DNA of 64,000 bases, taken from positions 1 to 64,000 of IMG/VR virus record IMGVR_UViG_3300032297_000372, one strand, 5' to 3'. The stretch comes from a virus. The translations under genes were made by a program, and so were the position numbers. Under the pieces are notes generated by a model. The model was given only the letters and a program-made list of their open reading frames with translations, did no database searches and was not told where the DNA came from. The stretch's first letter is position 1; every line of letters begins with the position of its first letter. Below are positions 17,651 to 25,484 of this stretch, piece after piece.

Positions 17651-17940
17651 ATTGTTGTATGAAGTTGAATGAAAAGTATTCTGGACGGCGGTTCGATTCC
17701 GCCCAGCTCCACCAGAAGCACATAGTTGTCCTAGATGAAAGAAACCTCTTAGGGCTCTAGTGGGGATTGTGTGCTTCTGATGGGGCTGATCTGGTCTCGA
17801 CAGGGTAAAGAGTAAGGATATGGACAACACGGTAGGCGATGACCGTAAATCAAGCAAAACTAGTAACTGCAAACGATGAAAGTTACGCTTTAGCCGCTTA
17901 AGGCTAAGCCGGGGGTGGTAACCTTGTAAACCAATAACCA
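17651..17940 (+). ncRNA. ssrA: Circularly permuted two-piece tmRNA: acceptor piece ~17651-17714, intervening hairpin 17715-17781, coding piece from 17782
   Basis: T-arm + CAGCTCC-ACCA (ends 17714) precedes GGGGCTG (17782); the two pair as an acceptor stem with G3.U70; tag ORF 17869-17901 reads ANDESYALAA*. Outer ends are approximate. Confidence 0.93.
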
Positions 17941-17969
17941 AAATAGGACTTTCGGGTCCTATTTTTTTT
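17941..17969 (+). terminator. Rho-independent terminator after tmRNA
   Basis: AAATAGGACT-ttcg-GGTCCTATTT + T-run. Confidence 0.85.
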
Positions 17970-18018
17970 CTATTATCTCCATAAAAAAATACAATAGGAA
18001 AAATAGATCAAAAATGTA

Positions 18019-18047
18019 TTGACAATTGATACATATTATCGTAGTAT
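18019..18047 (+). promoter_or_regulatory. Sigma70-like promoter for rubrerythrin
   Basis: TTGACA-17 nt-TAGTAT. Confidence 0.6.
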
Positions 18048-18078
18048 GTGTTATTCATAATTTTATAGGAGAGATGTA

Positions 18079-18516
18079 ATGCAAGTTAAAGGAACAAAAA
18101 CTGAAGAATGTTTGAAAGAAGCTTTTGCTGGTGAATCTAAAGCAAATCGCCGTTATCTATATTTCGCAAACATGGCAGATATTGCCGGTGCGACTGATGT
18201 AGCTAATATTTTCCGTCATACAGCTGAAGGCGAAACAGGCCACGCACATGGTCATATGGAATACTTAGTTAATGGTGGTTCTGGTGATCCAGAGACAGGT
18301 CTTCCTGCAACAAATATTATTGAAGCATTAGAGAGTGCTATCAGTGGTGAAACTCACGAATATACTGATATGTACCCCGGTATGGCTAAGACTGCACGTG
18401 ATGAAGGCTTCGATGAGATTGCTGATTGGTTTGAAACACTAGCTAAGGCTGAACGTAGTCATGCTGGTAAATTTAAGAAAACTCTTGATGCATACAAAGC
18501 CGAACAAAACACCTAA
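18079..18516 (+). CDS. rbr: Rubrerythrin (short, di-iron domain only)
   Basis: [47 protein letters not shown]; no rubredoxin CxxC domain. Confidence 0.92.
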   Translation: MQVKGTKTEECLKEAFAGESKANRRYLYFANMADIAGATDVANIFRHTAEGETGHAHGHMEYLVNGGSGDPETGLPATNIIEALESAISGETHEYTDMYPGMAKTARDEGFDEIADWFETLAKAERSHAGKFKKTLDAYKAEQNT

Positions 18517-18757
18517 TCTACAATATGATACTATTGTAACTGACGGTGTTGTTACTCTCACAAATCCTAATACTACATTGGGGTTTGTGAGATTTAAAAA
18601 TAATGGAGCTATTGAGTATATTTTTGTACAACCAATGTATCGTAGAAATGGATTGGCAAAAAAACTGGTAGATAAGGTTAGAGAACTTACAGGTAAAGAA
18701 CCCGAACCAGAGCCACCTATTAGTCCTTTAGGTAGAAAACTTTTTAAGTTATTATAG
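18488..18757 (+). CDS. Minimal GNAT acetyltransferase-like protein
   Basis: IEYIFVQPMYRRNGLAKKLV (acetyl-CoA binding motif A); start uncertain. Confidence 0.65.
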   Translation: MHTKPNKTPNLQYDTIVTDGVVTLTNPNTTLGFVRFKNNGAIEYIFVQPMYRRNGLAKKLVDKVRELTGKEPEPEPPISPLGRKLFKLL

Positions 18758-18762
18758 GAGAT

Positions 18763-19335
18763 GTGATGAAGGTTTATTATAGTAATTATCGTAATCATTG
18801 GATATCACCTTACACAATATTAGAAAAAGTTTTCTTTTGGCGTGAAATTGAATATGATGAACCACTCATTGATCGATTGAGTAAAATCATATTACCATTC
18901 TCTACCGGATTGCAGAATGTTCTGAACTTCATTCATCCTCAAATTCAATATGTTAAAATAGACCGTTGGGATACTTGGAATATGGATGGCACATTAGCTG
19001 TCATCATTCTTCCAATGTTAAAACAATTACGTGCTGAAAAACATGGTTCAGGTTTAGTTGATCTAGAAGATGTTCCAGAATCAATGAGATACACAACTAC
19101 CGAGGATTACGAATCACAATATACATTTGATTTTTATCGTGAACCAGATTTACAAAAGGTTCAATGTGATATACATGATCGTTGGGACTGGGTATTAGAT
19201 GAAATGATTTTTGCATTCGAATATAAAATCGATGAAGATAATGGTGGTATAGATAAAGATTGGAAAAACAATTATAAACGTGTACAAAATGGTTTCCGTT
19301 TATTTGGTAAGTATTATCAAAATTTATGGGATTAA
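18763..19335 (+). CDS. Conserved hypothetical phage protein
   Basis: IDRWDTWNMD.TLA.II.PML, RWDWVLDEMIFAF, GFRLFGKYYQNLWD. Confidence 0.75.
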   Translation: MMKVYYSNYRNHWISPYTILEKVFFWREIEYDEPLIDRLSKIILPFSTGLQNVLNFIHPQIQYVKIDRWDTWNMDGTLAVIILPMLKQLRAEKHGSGLVDLEDVPESMRYTTTEDYESQYTFDFYREPDLQKVQCDIHDRWDWVLDEMIFAFEYKIDEDNGGIDKDWKNNYKRVQNGFRLFGKYYQNLWD

Positions 19336-19402
19336 AATGACTAAATAAAAGACTGGCAACACACACAAACCGCCAGTATTCACACACAACACAGGAGATA
19401 GT

Positions 19403-19672
19403 ATGAGTAATTTAACACCGTTCGAGATTCGCCTCGAACTTCTAAGAATGGCAAAAGAACTTTTGATGGAGAATTATTTCTCCGAGAAAGAACGCCTATC
19501 AAATGACTGGAACGTGAAAGTAGATGTGGCCAAATTAAACGGTCAACCTGTTCCAGAACATCCAGTATTTCCAACTTATCCATCAGAAGCAGATATCATT
19601 GCTAAAGCTCAAACGCTTAATGGTTTTGTTTCTAATACAACTGTAGATAAACCAAACAAAAAATCTACTTGA
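19403..19672 (+). CDS. Conserved hypothetical phage protein
   Basis: AGGAG RBS; PFEIRLELLRMAK...YPSEADII.KA..LNGFVS. Confidence 0.75.
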   Translation: MSNLTPFEIRLELLRMAKELLMENYFSEKERLSNDWNVKVDVAKLNGQPVPEHPVFPTYPSEADIIAKAQTLNGFVSNTTVDKPNKKST

Positions 19673-19714
19673 TGGAGGGGTGGCTTCGGCCATCCTACAC
19701 AACAGGAGAATCAA

Positions 19715-20263
19715 ATGAATTTAAGATTTACTTTACTTGCTATATTGTCGGCTTCGCTTATATCGGTATATTCACTGAGTTTTGGTAACGATACACCATT
19801 ACCTTTAAAACTGACTTATGACGATTTGGGAAAAACTTCTCAAGCTGAAATTAATTGTTTAGCACAAAACATGTATTTTGAATCAGCATCAGAACCAAAA
19901 GAAGGTCAAATTGCTGTAGCATTAGTCACATTCAATCGTATGAATAATGACAATTATCCAAACACCGTATGTGGTGTTGTTAACCAAAAGATCAATGGTG
20001 TATGCCAATTCTCATGGCGTTGTGACCCTAAGGCAATTGAGAAACAAAAGCGCTTGACAAGAGAGTCGAATTCGTTATATAATGAAATTCATGAACTCGC
20101 AACAAGAGTTTATATTAACCAAGATAGTATTGAAGATGTAACCAGAGGTGCATTATTCTATCACGCTGATTACATTAAGCCAACATGGAACAATATGAAA
20201 ACCACTCGAAAAATTGGAAGGCACATTTTTTATGTCAAGATATCTAGGACTAAACATGGATAA
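19715..20263 (+). CDS. SleB-family cell wall hydrolase (Hydrolase_2) with signal peptide
   Basis: CLAQNMYFES..E, VA.VT.NR, VCGVV.Q, CQFSW, GALFYHADY, IGRHIFY. Confidence 0.9.
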   Translation: MNLRFTLLAILSASLISVYSLSFGNDTPLPLKLTYDDLGKTSQAEINCLAQNMYFESASEPKEGQIAVALVTFNRMNNDNYPNTVCGVVNQKINGVCQFSWRCDPKAIEKQKRLTRESNSLYNEIHELATRVYINQDSIEDVTRGALFYHADYIKPTWNNMKTTRKIGRHIFYVKISRTKHG

Positions 20264-20489
20264 TAAACTTAAAGTAAATAACATTGTTTATATCTGTGTA
20301 ACAATCATTGTCTGTTTTGTTATTTTTTCTTTTACACATTACAAGATTAAAGACCGTGAATTGATGTCGCAGAATATTGAAAAGGCAATAACGAAAGACG
20401 TTGACCCTTTAGCTGTTCGTTGTTCTTATGCACCTAATGATGACATTATTTGTATAACACATTCATTTGCACCAACAGGTAAGAAATAA
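20256..20489 (+). CDS. Hypothetical membrane protein
   Basis: AGGA RBS; TM helix; DPLAVRCSY. Confidence 0.6.
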   Translation: MDNKLKVNNIVYICVTIIVCFVIFSFTHYKIKDRELMSQNIEKAITKDVDPLAVRCSYAPNDDIICITHSFAPTGKK

Positions 20490-20502
20490 TTAAGGAGATA
20501 TT

Positions 20503-20775
20503 ATGGCAGTACAACAGTTTAGTATTAATCAAATTTCAAATCCAGCAGACCGTGATAAACTGTTAGGAGTTTTAAAAGAGTGTTCTAATTCATTGGTACG
20601 TATGGAAGCGGAACGTGATCTAATTAAAGAAGCAGTAAAAGATATTTGTGATAAACTACAATTACCAAAACGTGTCGTGAACAAGATGGTAAAAGTATAT
20701 CATAAACAAAATTTCGATGAAGAGGTTGCAGTACAGGATCAATTCATGGAATTATACAATGCGGTGGTCAAGTAA
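20503..20775 (+). CDS. dsbA: dsDNA-binding protein DsbA (T4-like)
   Basis: LKECSNSL.RMEAERDLIKE...VNKMVKVYHKQNFDEE; adjacent to genes 33 and 59. Confidence 0.85.
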   Translation: MAVQQFSINQISNPADRDKLLGVLKECSNSLVRMEAERDLIKEAVKDICDKLQLPKRVVNKMVKVYHKQNFDEEVAVQDQFMELYNAVVK

Positions 20776-20999
20776 TGGCAACTAAAGAAGAGTCTAATAA
20801 GTTTTCTAAAGAGATAGAGATACTGGTGGCTGAAACAGATTACACGTATCTGGAAGCTATCGTAGAACATTGCAAGAAAACTGGACTTGAAATTGAAGTT
20901 GCTGCTAACTTGATTAATTCATCATTAAAAAGTAAAATAGAGTTTCAAGCACAAAACTTAAACTTACTGAAAGAGAAATCTGCAAGACTACCTATATGA
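20775..20999 (+). CDS. gp33: Late transcription co-activator gp33
   Basis: FS.EIE..V...TYLEAIVEHC...I..SLKSKIE.QAQNLNLL...ARLPI. Confidence 0.88.
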   Translation: MATKEESNKFSKEIEILVAETDYTYLEAIVEHCKKTGLEIEVAANLINSSLKSKIEFQAQNLNLLKEKSARLPI

Positions 21000-21586
21000 C
21001 TGGTTATGAAGCCTATTGTTTATACACTAGTTTAAAATTACATTTCACTCAAGAATCATACAACTATTTTAAGTACGGCGGGAAAACAAACGTATCGATT
21101 GAGTCTTTTGAAAATAGAAAAGACAAATATCATTACTATAAAATTTCCCGCCGGTATGAGAAGGATGAATATGTTAATTTTCTAGTTGCCAATTTTCTCA
21201 TTGATTCTAATGTTTGGATCGGCAAACTATTAGAAGATGAGGCACACCAAAACTATCTAAGTCGGCAAAAGATTCAACAGAGTTTGATGTATTCTTTTGA
21301 GAACGATTGCCGTAATCTATTTGAAGAGGTAAAGAACCCTAACGACCTATTGACAAATACTGATAACTATCCTATACTGTTAAGTAAGGTCTTTCGTAAA
21401 GAGACTAATATTGAGACTTTGATTATTCTATCAGATATATTAGGTTTCTTACCGATGTGGTGTAAGAAGATAAATGACACTATACAATGGCCAAACTTTT
21501 ACCATAAATTAACAAAATATAAACTATTTCTTAATTATGATAAGCCAAAATATCAACAGAAGTTGAAGTCTATTCTGGTAATATAA
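20996..21586 (+). CDS. gp59: Helicase loader gp59
   Basis: YCLYTSLKLHF...YNYFKYGGK...RKDKY; IETLIIL. Confidence 0.92.
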   Translation: MTGYEAYCLYTSLKLHFTQESYNYFKYGGKTNVSIESFENRKDKYHYYKISRRYEKDEYVNFLVANFLIDSNVWIGKLLEDEAHQNYLSRQKIQQSLMYSFENDCRNLFEEVKNPNDLLTNTDNYPILLSKVFRKETNIETLIILSDILGFLPMWCKKINDTIQWPNFYHKLTKYKLFLNYDKPKYQQKLKSILVI

Positions 21587-21589
21587 ATA
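21582..21589 (+). promoter_or_regulatory. T4-type late promoter
   Basis: Exact TATAAATA followed by AGGAGG and ATG 21608. Confidence 0.75.
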
Positions 21590-21607
21590 GACTTAGGAGG
21601 AAGTAAT

Positions 21608-22156
21608 ATGAAATCTTTTAAAACTTTATTCAACGAGTCTAGTCTCGCACGTGTACATCAACACACTCAAGGTAGAAATATTGGTATGATTACTGCTCAT
21701 CGTGGTGAGAATACTGCTGAAGAGAACAAATCACGTAATAAGGAATTAGAAGGTCATATTCGCAAGGCCGGTTATGGTTTTGTTAAAGTAAAAGGTCGTT
21801 ACGTTGAGAATCATGGAACTGAACATGCTAGACCAGTCGATGAACATTCTTATTTGGTAGTTGGTAAGAAAGGTGATGATAAAGGTCATTTGAAAAACTT
21901 TCTGAAAAAGCATGGCGAGAAATATGGACAAGATTCTATATTACATAAGCCTCACGATTCAGAACATGCAACATTACATGGAACTAAAGAAGGTGGATTT
22001 CCAGGTAAAGACAAAGAACATTCTGTTGGTAAGTTTCATCCGAATAAAACACCAGAGTTTCATACTGCAATGAAAGGTAAGAGAACATTTGCATTTGAAT
22101 CTGTGGAATTTTTAACTCCTGTTTCATTCTTTTCGAGGCAGGAATCTGAATTCTAG
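21608..22156 (+). CDS. His-rich late protein, putative internal head protein
   Basis: N-terminus MKSFKTLFNE resembles the T4 capsid-targeting sequence; late promoter. Confidence 0.65.
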   Translation: MKSFKTLFNESSLARVHQHTQGRNIGMITAHRGENTAEENKSRNKELEGHIRKAGYGFVKVKGRYVENHGTEHARPVDEHSYLVVGKKGDDKGHLKNFLKKHGEKYGQDSILHKPHDSEHATLHGTKEGGFPGKDKEHSVGKFHPNKTPEFHTAMKGKRTFAFESVEFLTPVSFFSRQESEF

Positions 22157-22185
22157 TTGACAACTAGAGTAAATTATATTATGAT
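22157..22185 (+). promoter_or_regulatory. Sigma70-like promoter for gene 32
   Basis: TTGACA-17 nt-TATGAT. Confidence 0.65.
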
Positions 22186-22228
22186 ATTGTGGACAATCCG
22201 TTTATACATTTAATATAGGAAAATACGT

Positions 22229-23119
22229 ATGACATCATTTGCAAATCTAAAACGCAATCGTGACAACATGGAAAAACTCACGAAAGCGCTCGAAACAACC
22301 ACACAAAACTCCGAAGGCGGTAAAGACGATGATCGCTTTTGGCAGCCATCAGTAGATAAAGTAGGTAACGGTATGGCCGTTATCCGTTTTCTTCCAGAAT
22401 CTCAAGTTGATGGTGATGATGCATTGCCATGGGTTCGTGTGTTCTCACATGGTTTCCAGGGACCTGGTGGTTGGTTCATCGATAATTGTTTAACTACAAT
22501 CAATCAAAAATGTCCTGTTTGTGACCATAATTCTGGTTTGTGGAATTCAGGCATCGAAGCGAACAAAGAAATCGTTCGTAAACAAAAACGTAAATTAAAT
22601 TATATTGCTAACGTTTATATTGTTTCTGATCCTTCAAATCCCGAAAATGAAGGCAAGGTTAAACTGTTTAAATTTGGTAAGAAGATTTTTGATAAACTTG
22701 ATGAGGCGATGAATCCAGAATTCGCTGATGAATCTCCAATCAACCCATTCGATATGTGGGAAGGTGCAAACTTTAAATTGAAGATTCGTAAAGTTGAAGG
22801 TTATCGTAACTATGACAAATCTGAGTTTGATAAATCAGGTGCTTTATTTGATGATGATGCTAAGTTAGAAGCAATCTGGAAATCTGAACATTCATTGAAA
22901 GAGTTCATTGATCCTAAGTTATTCAAATCTGCTGATAAACTAAAAGAACGTCTTGATAAAGTTTTGGGTGGAGTAACACAAGAATCTGTACCTACATCTG
23001 TTGAACGTAAGTTTGCAGCTGCTGAGGTAGAGGCTACAATACCAAAAGCTAAATCAACTCCTAGTTTAGATGAAGATGATGAATTAGATTACTTCAAATC
23101 TTTAGCTGATAGTGAGTAA
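22229..23119 (+). CDS. gp32: Single-stranded DNA-binding protein gp32
   Basis: DDRFW, GNG.AVIRFLP, HGFQGPGGW, CPVC, KFGKKIFDK, GANFKLK, acidic tail. Confidence 0.97.
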   Translation: MTSFANLKRNRDNMEKLTKALETTTQNSEGGKDDDRFWQPSVDKVGNGMAVIRFLPESQVDGDDALPWVRVFSHGFQGPGGWFIDNCLTTINQKCPVCDHNSGLWNSGIEANKEIVRKQKRKLNYIANVYIVSDPSNPENEGKVKLFKFGKKIFDKLDEAMNPEFADESPINPFDMWEGANFKLKIRKVEGYRNYDKSEFDKSGALFDDDAKLEAIWKSEHSLKEFIDPKLFKSADKLKERLDKVLGGVTQESVPTSVERKFAAAEVEATIPKAKSTPSLDEDDELDYFKSLADSE

Positions 23120-23123
23120 GATT

Positions 23124-23151
23124 AAAAGGAACCGAAAGGTTCCTTTTTTTT
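23124..23151. terminator. Bidirectional terminator between convergent genes
   Basis: AAAAGGAACC-gaaa-GGTTCCTTTT + T-run. Confidence 0.85.
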
Positions 23152-25291
23152 AGAAGTTGATACCTGAGAGTTTATAATTTGCTAGTTGTTCTTCACTGTA
23201 TGGTTCAGCAGGTACAGAATCAGAAGAAGTATTGACAACAACATTGGTATCTTTCGCCATGAATGCTGCAATCATTTCATCAAACTTCTTAACCAACGGA
23301 TCGATAAAATTCTTCTCAGCACTTTGAGTAACATCTGAAATTAAACTGTTTTTATTTCCCGCAGAACTTTCCATTGTAGGTCTTGCTGGAAGGCCTTTGA
23401 GGAATTCAGTTGGATCTAATCTAGTGCTCGTGAAAGCGTCACCACTGTATGCTTCGAAATGTAATTGAGGTTTTCCGCTAGCATTTCCAGTATCACCCAT
23501 TTTAGCAATTTGTTGGCCATATGTAACAGATTCTCCATTTTTAACTTGGAATTCACTTATATGACCATATACGGTTGATCCATTTGCACCTTTAATAACG
23601 ATGTATTTACCCATACCATTTTTTTGTTCTTTAAGTTGCACTATGCCATCTTGCATTGCAAAAATTGGATCGCCAATGCTTCCTAGATAATCTACTCCAC
23701 CGTGTTTATATGTTCCTGTTCCTTTAGCATTAGGTCTTTCAGCTCCGAATACATGTGTACCTGTTGGCATTACAGGATTATTTACAGGATGAACTCTTGT
23801 AGGATACTTTTCTTGCGGATACATCTGTTCAGCAGCTTTAAGATTTTCAGATTGTCTTTTAACAACATCAAACTTTTCTAATTCGTGAGTTCCGGATTTA
23901 GCTAAAGCTGCAATTGATAATAACCGGTTGGTATCACTATAAGCTTCATATTCTTTTCTGAAAAAACCAAGATTAAGTTGTCCACCATTTTCTAAAAGTT
24001 GAAAATATCTCAATTCCCTACCAGTCATCTTCGCATAATCAGCAAGCCAATTTCTATTTTCTTCAAAACTAACTGGCGCTGAATCTTTTAAATCTTTATT
24101 ATTTTTAGCATTCAATAATCCAGGTAAATGCGCTAAAGCTAATCCGGTTCTAGCCATTCCTGCCTCGGCACTTCCATATTCTTTAATGAGTCTATCTCGT
24201 TCATGATTATCCCATTCACCTTTAGTTTTTCCAAACAATGCTCCTGTGGTTCCACCTATTAACGTACCTACACCAGGTATTAATGTTCCCAAAACAGCAC
24301 CAATAACACCACCCATAACACTGTATAGTTCTACTCGATTAGAATCTAACCAAATGAGTAGGTAGTTTCTAACATCTTTACTCAAAGCATTCATAATATC
24401 ACCTGTAGTCATCATCGTTGCGGAGACATATTTCATTATAGAAGAATAAGCATTTTTTAAAAATATTACTGTATCTTCTGCAGCATTACGTATTAAATTT
24501 CCAGCTCTATTCAAATTATTACTAAAAAAAGTTGTTTTAAAAGTTTCGTCTAGTTTTCTTGCTATAGCATCTAAAAATCCCTCATCTTCTTTCATACCAA
24601 AAAATTTTCTTATTTTTTCTATAGTATCACCCAGAAAACCATCTAACCCAAAAAATTGTGCCATTCCAGTTAGAGCATCGTTAAATATTTTAGTAAAGTC
24701 TGAAGCTATTTTTCGAAAAGGTAATGCTCTATATAACACTGATGTTAGATAACCTGCACTAAGTAAACCAATAAGTGCTGGTAATAAAAGACGACCTTTA
24801 CTTAATAATCGAAGCACACCCATACCAGCGAACATAGAAGAATTGTTTTCTGAATTATCTTCTGAATCGGATGAACCTCCAAAAATGCTTCCTTTTTTAC
24901 CGGTTCTAGATGCTGAAGGTACAGTCGATGTTTGTCCTGTTGATGACAATGAAGAATCTGATTTATTCTTTGGTGTCAAACCTTGTTTCTTTACCAACAT
25001 CTGAATATTCTGACGCATTATATTCATTTCTTTAGCAATAACAGGCAAGAACATTGAATTTTTTGCAAATACCCGCACACTAGAAGATCCTATAGATTCA
25101 ACAGCGCTAGATTTTTTATCAGACTTTGAACCTATAACTTTATCAAAAAAACTGCCCTTAGAAATACCTAATGATTGTTTAACCGACTTAGCATAAGCCG
25201 AACTAAATCCTGAACGTACATCGTCCAGTGATTTTGCAGTATTAAATGTTTTTGATATATCTTTATAAAATGAATCGGGCAGTTTTGCCAT
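23150..25291 (-). CDS. Putative tape-measure/hub (gp29-position) protein with C-terminal M23 peptidase
   Basis: HGGVDY, YGHIS, QLHFE M23 motifs; helical and Gly-zipper TM-like segments; follows gp26/gp51. Confidence 0.7.
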   Translation of the reverse strand: MAKLPDSFYKDISKTFNTAKSLDDVRSGFSSAYAKSVKQSLGISKGSFFDKVIGSKSDKKSSAVESIGSSSVRVFAKNSMFLPVIAKEMNIMRQNIQMLVKKQGLTPKNKSDSSLSSTGQTSTVPSASRTGKKGSIFGGSSDSEDNSENNSSMFAGMGVLRLLSKGRLLLPALIGLLSAGYLTSVLYRALPFRKIASDFTKIFNDALTGMAQFFGLDGFLGDTIEKIRKFFGMKEDEGFLDAIARKLDETFKTTFFSNNLNRAGNLIRNAAEDTVIFLKNAYSSIMKYVSATMMTTGDIMNALSKDVRNYLLIWLDSNRVELYSVMGGVIGAVLGTLIPGVGTLIGGTTGALFGKTKGEWDNHERDRLIKEYGSAEAGMARTGLALAHLPGLLNAKNNKDLKDSAPVSFEENRNWLADYAKMTGRELRYFQLLENGGQLNLGFFRKEYEAYSDTNRLLSIAALAKSGTHELEKFDVVKRQSENLKAAEQMYPQEKYPTRVHPVNNPVMPTGTHVFGAERPNAKGTGTYKHGGVDYLGSIGDPIFAMQDGIVQLKEQKNGMGKYIVIKGANGSTVYGHISEFQVKNGESVTYGQQIAKMGDTGNASGKPQLHFEAYSGDAFTSTRLDPTEFLKGLPARPTMESSAGNKNSLISDVTQSAEKNFIDPLVKKFDEMIAAFMAKDTNVVVNTSSDSVPAEPYSEEQLANYKLSGINF

Positions 25292-25293
25292 GA

Positions 25294-25434
25294 TTATCTC
25301 TTTCTGTTATTTTTTTCTGCTTCTCGTTGTTGTTTTTCTTTTTCTAAGAAGTTTACCAGTAGCGCCATATATGTTTCTCTTTCCCAAGGTATCATATTCT
25401 CCAATTCAGTCAAACTATATTTGTGATGCTGCAT
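25294..25434 (-). CDS. gp51: Baseplate hub assembly protein gp51 (not in ORF track; probably also made as a gp26 frameshift fusion)
   Basis: MQHHKYSLTELENMIPWERETYMALL; reading frame stays open upstream (ALSHENLSNYFQTNFAL) with no ATG/GTG/TTG. Confidence 0.85.
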   Translation of the reverse strand: MQHHKYSLTELENMIPWERETYMALLVNFLEKEKQQREAEKNNRKR

Positions 25435-25484
25435 TAATGCAAAGTTTGTCTGAAAGTAGTTTGATAAATTTTCATGGGAAAGAG

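Noticed and set aside
17500-17941. Minus-strand ORFs 17500-17721 and 17531-17941
   Set aside because: Antisense shadow of the tmRNA gene
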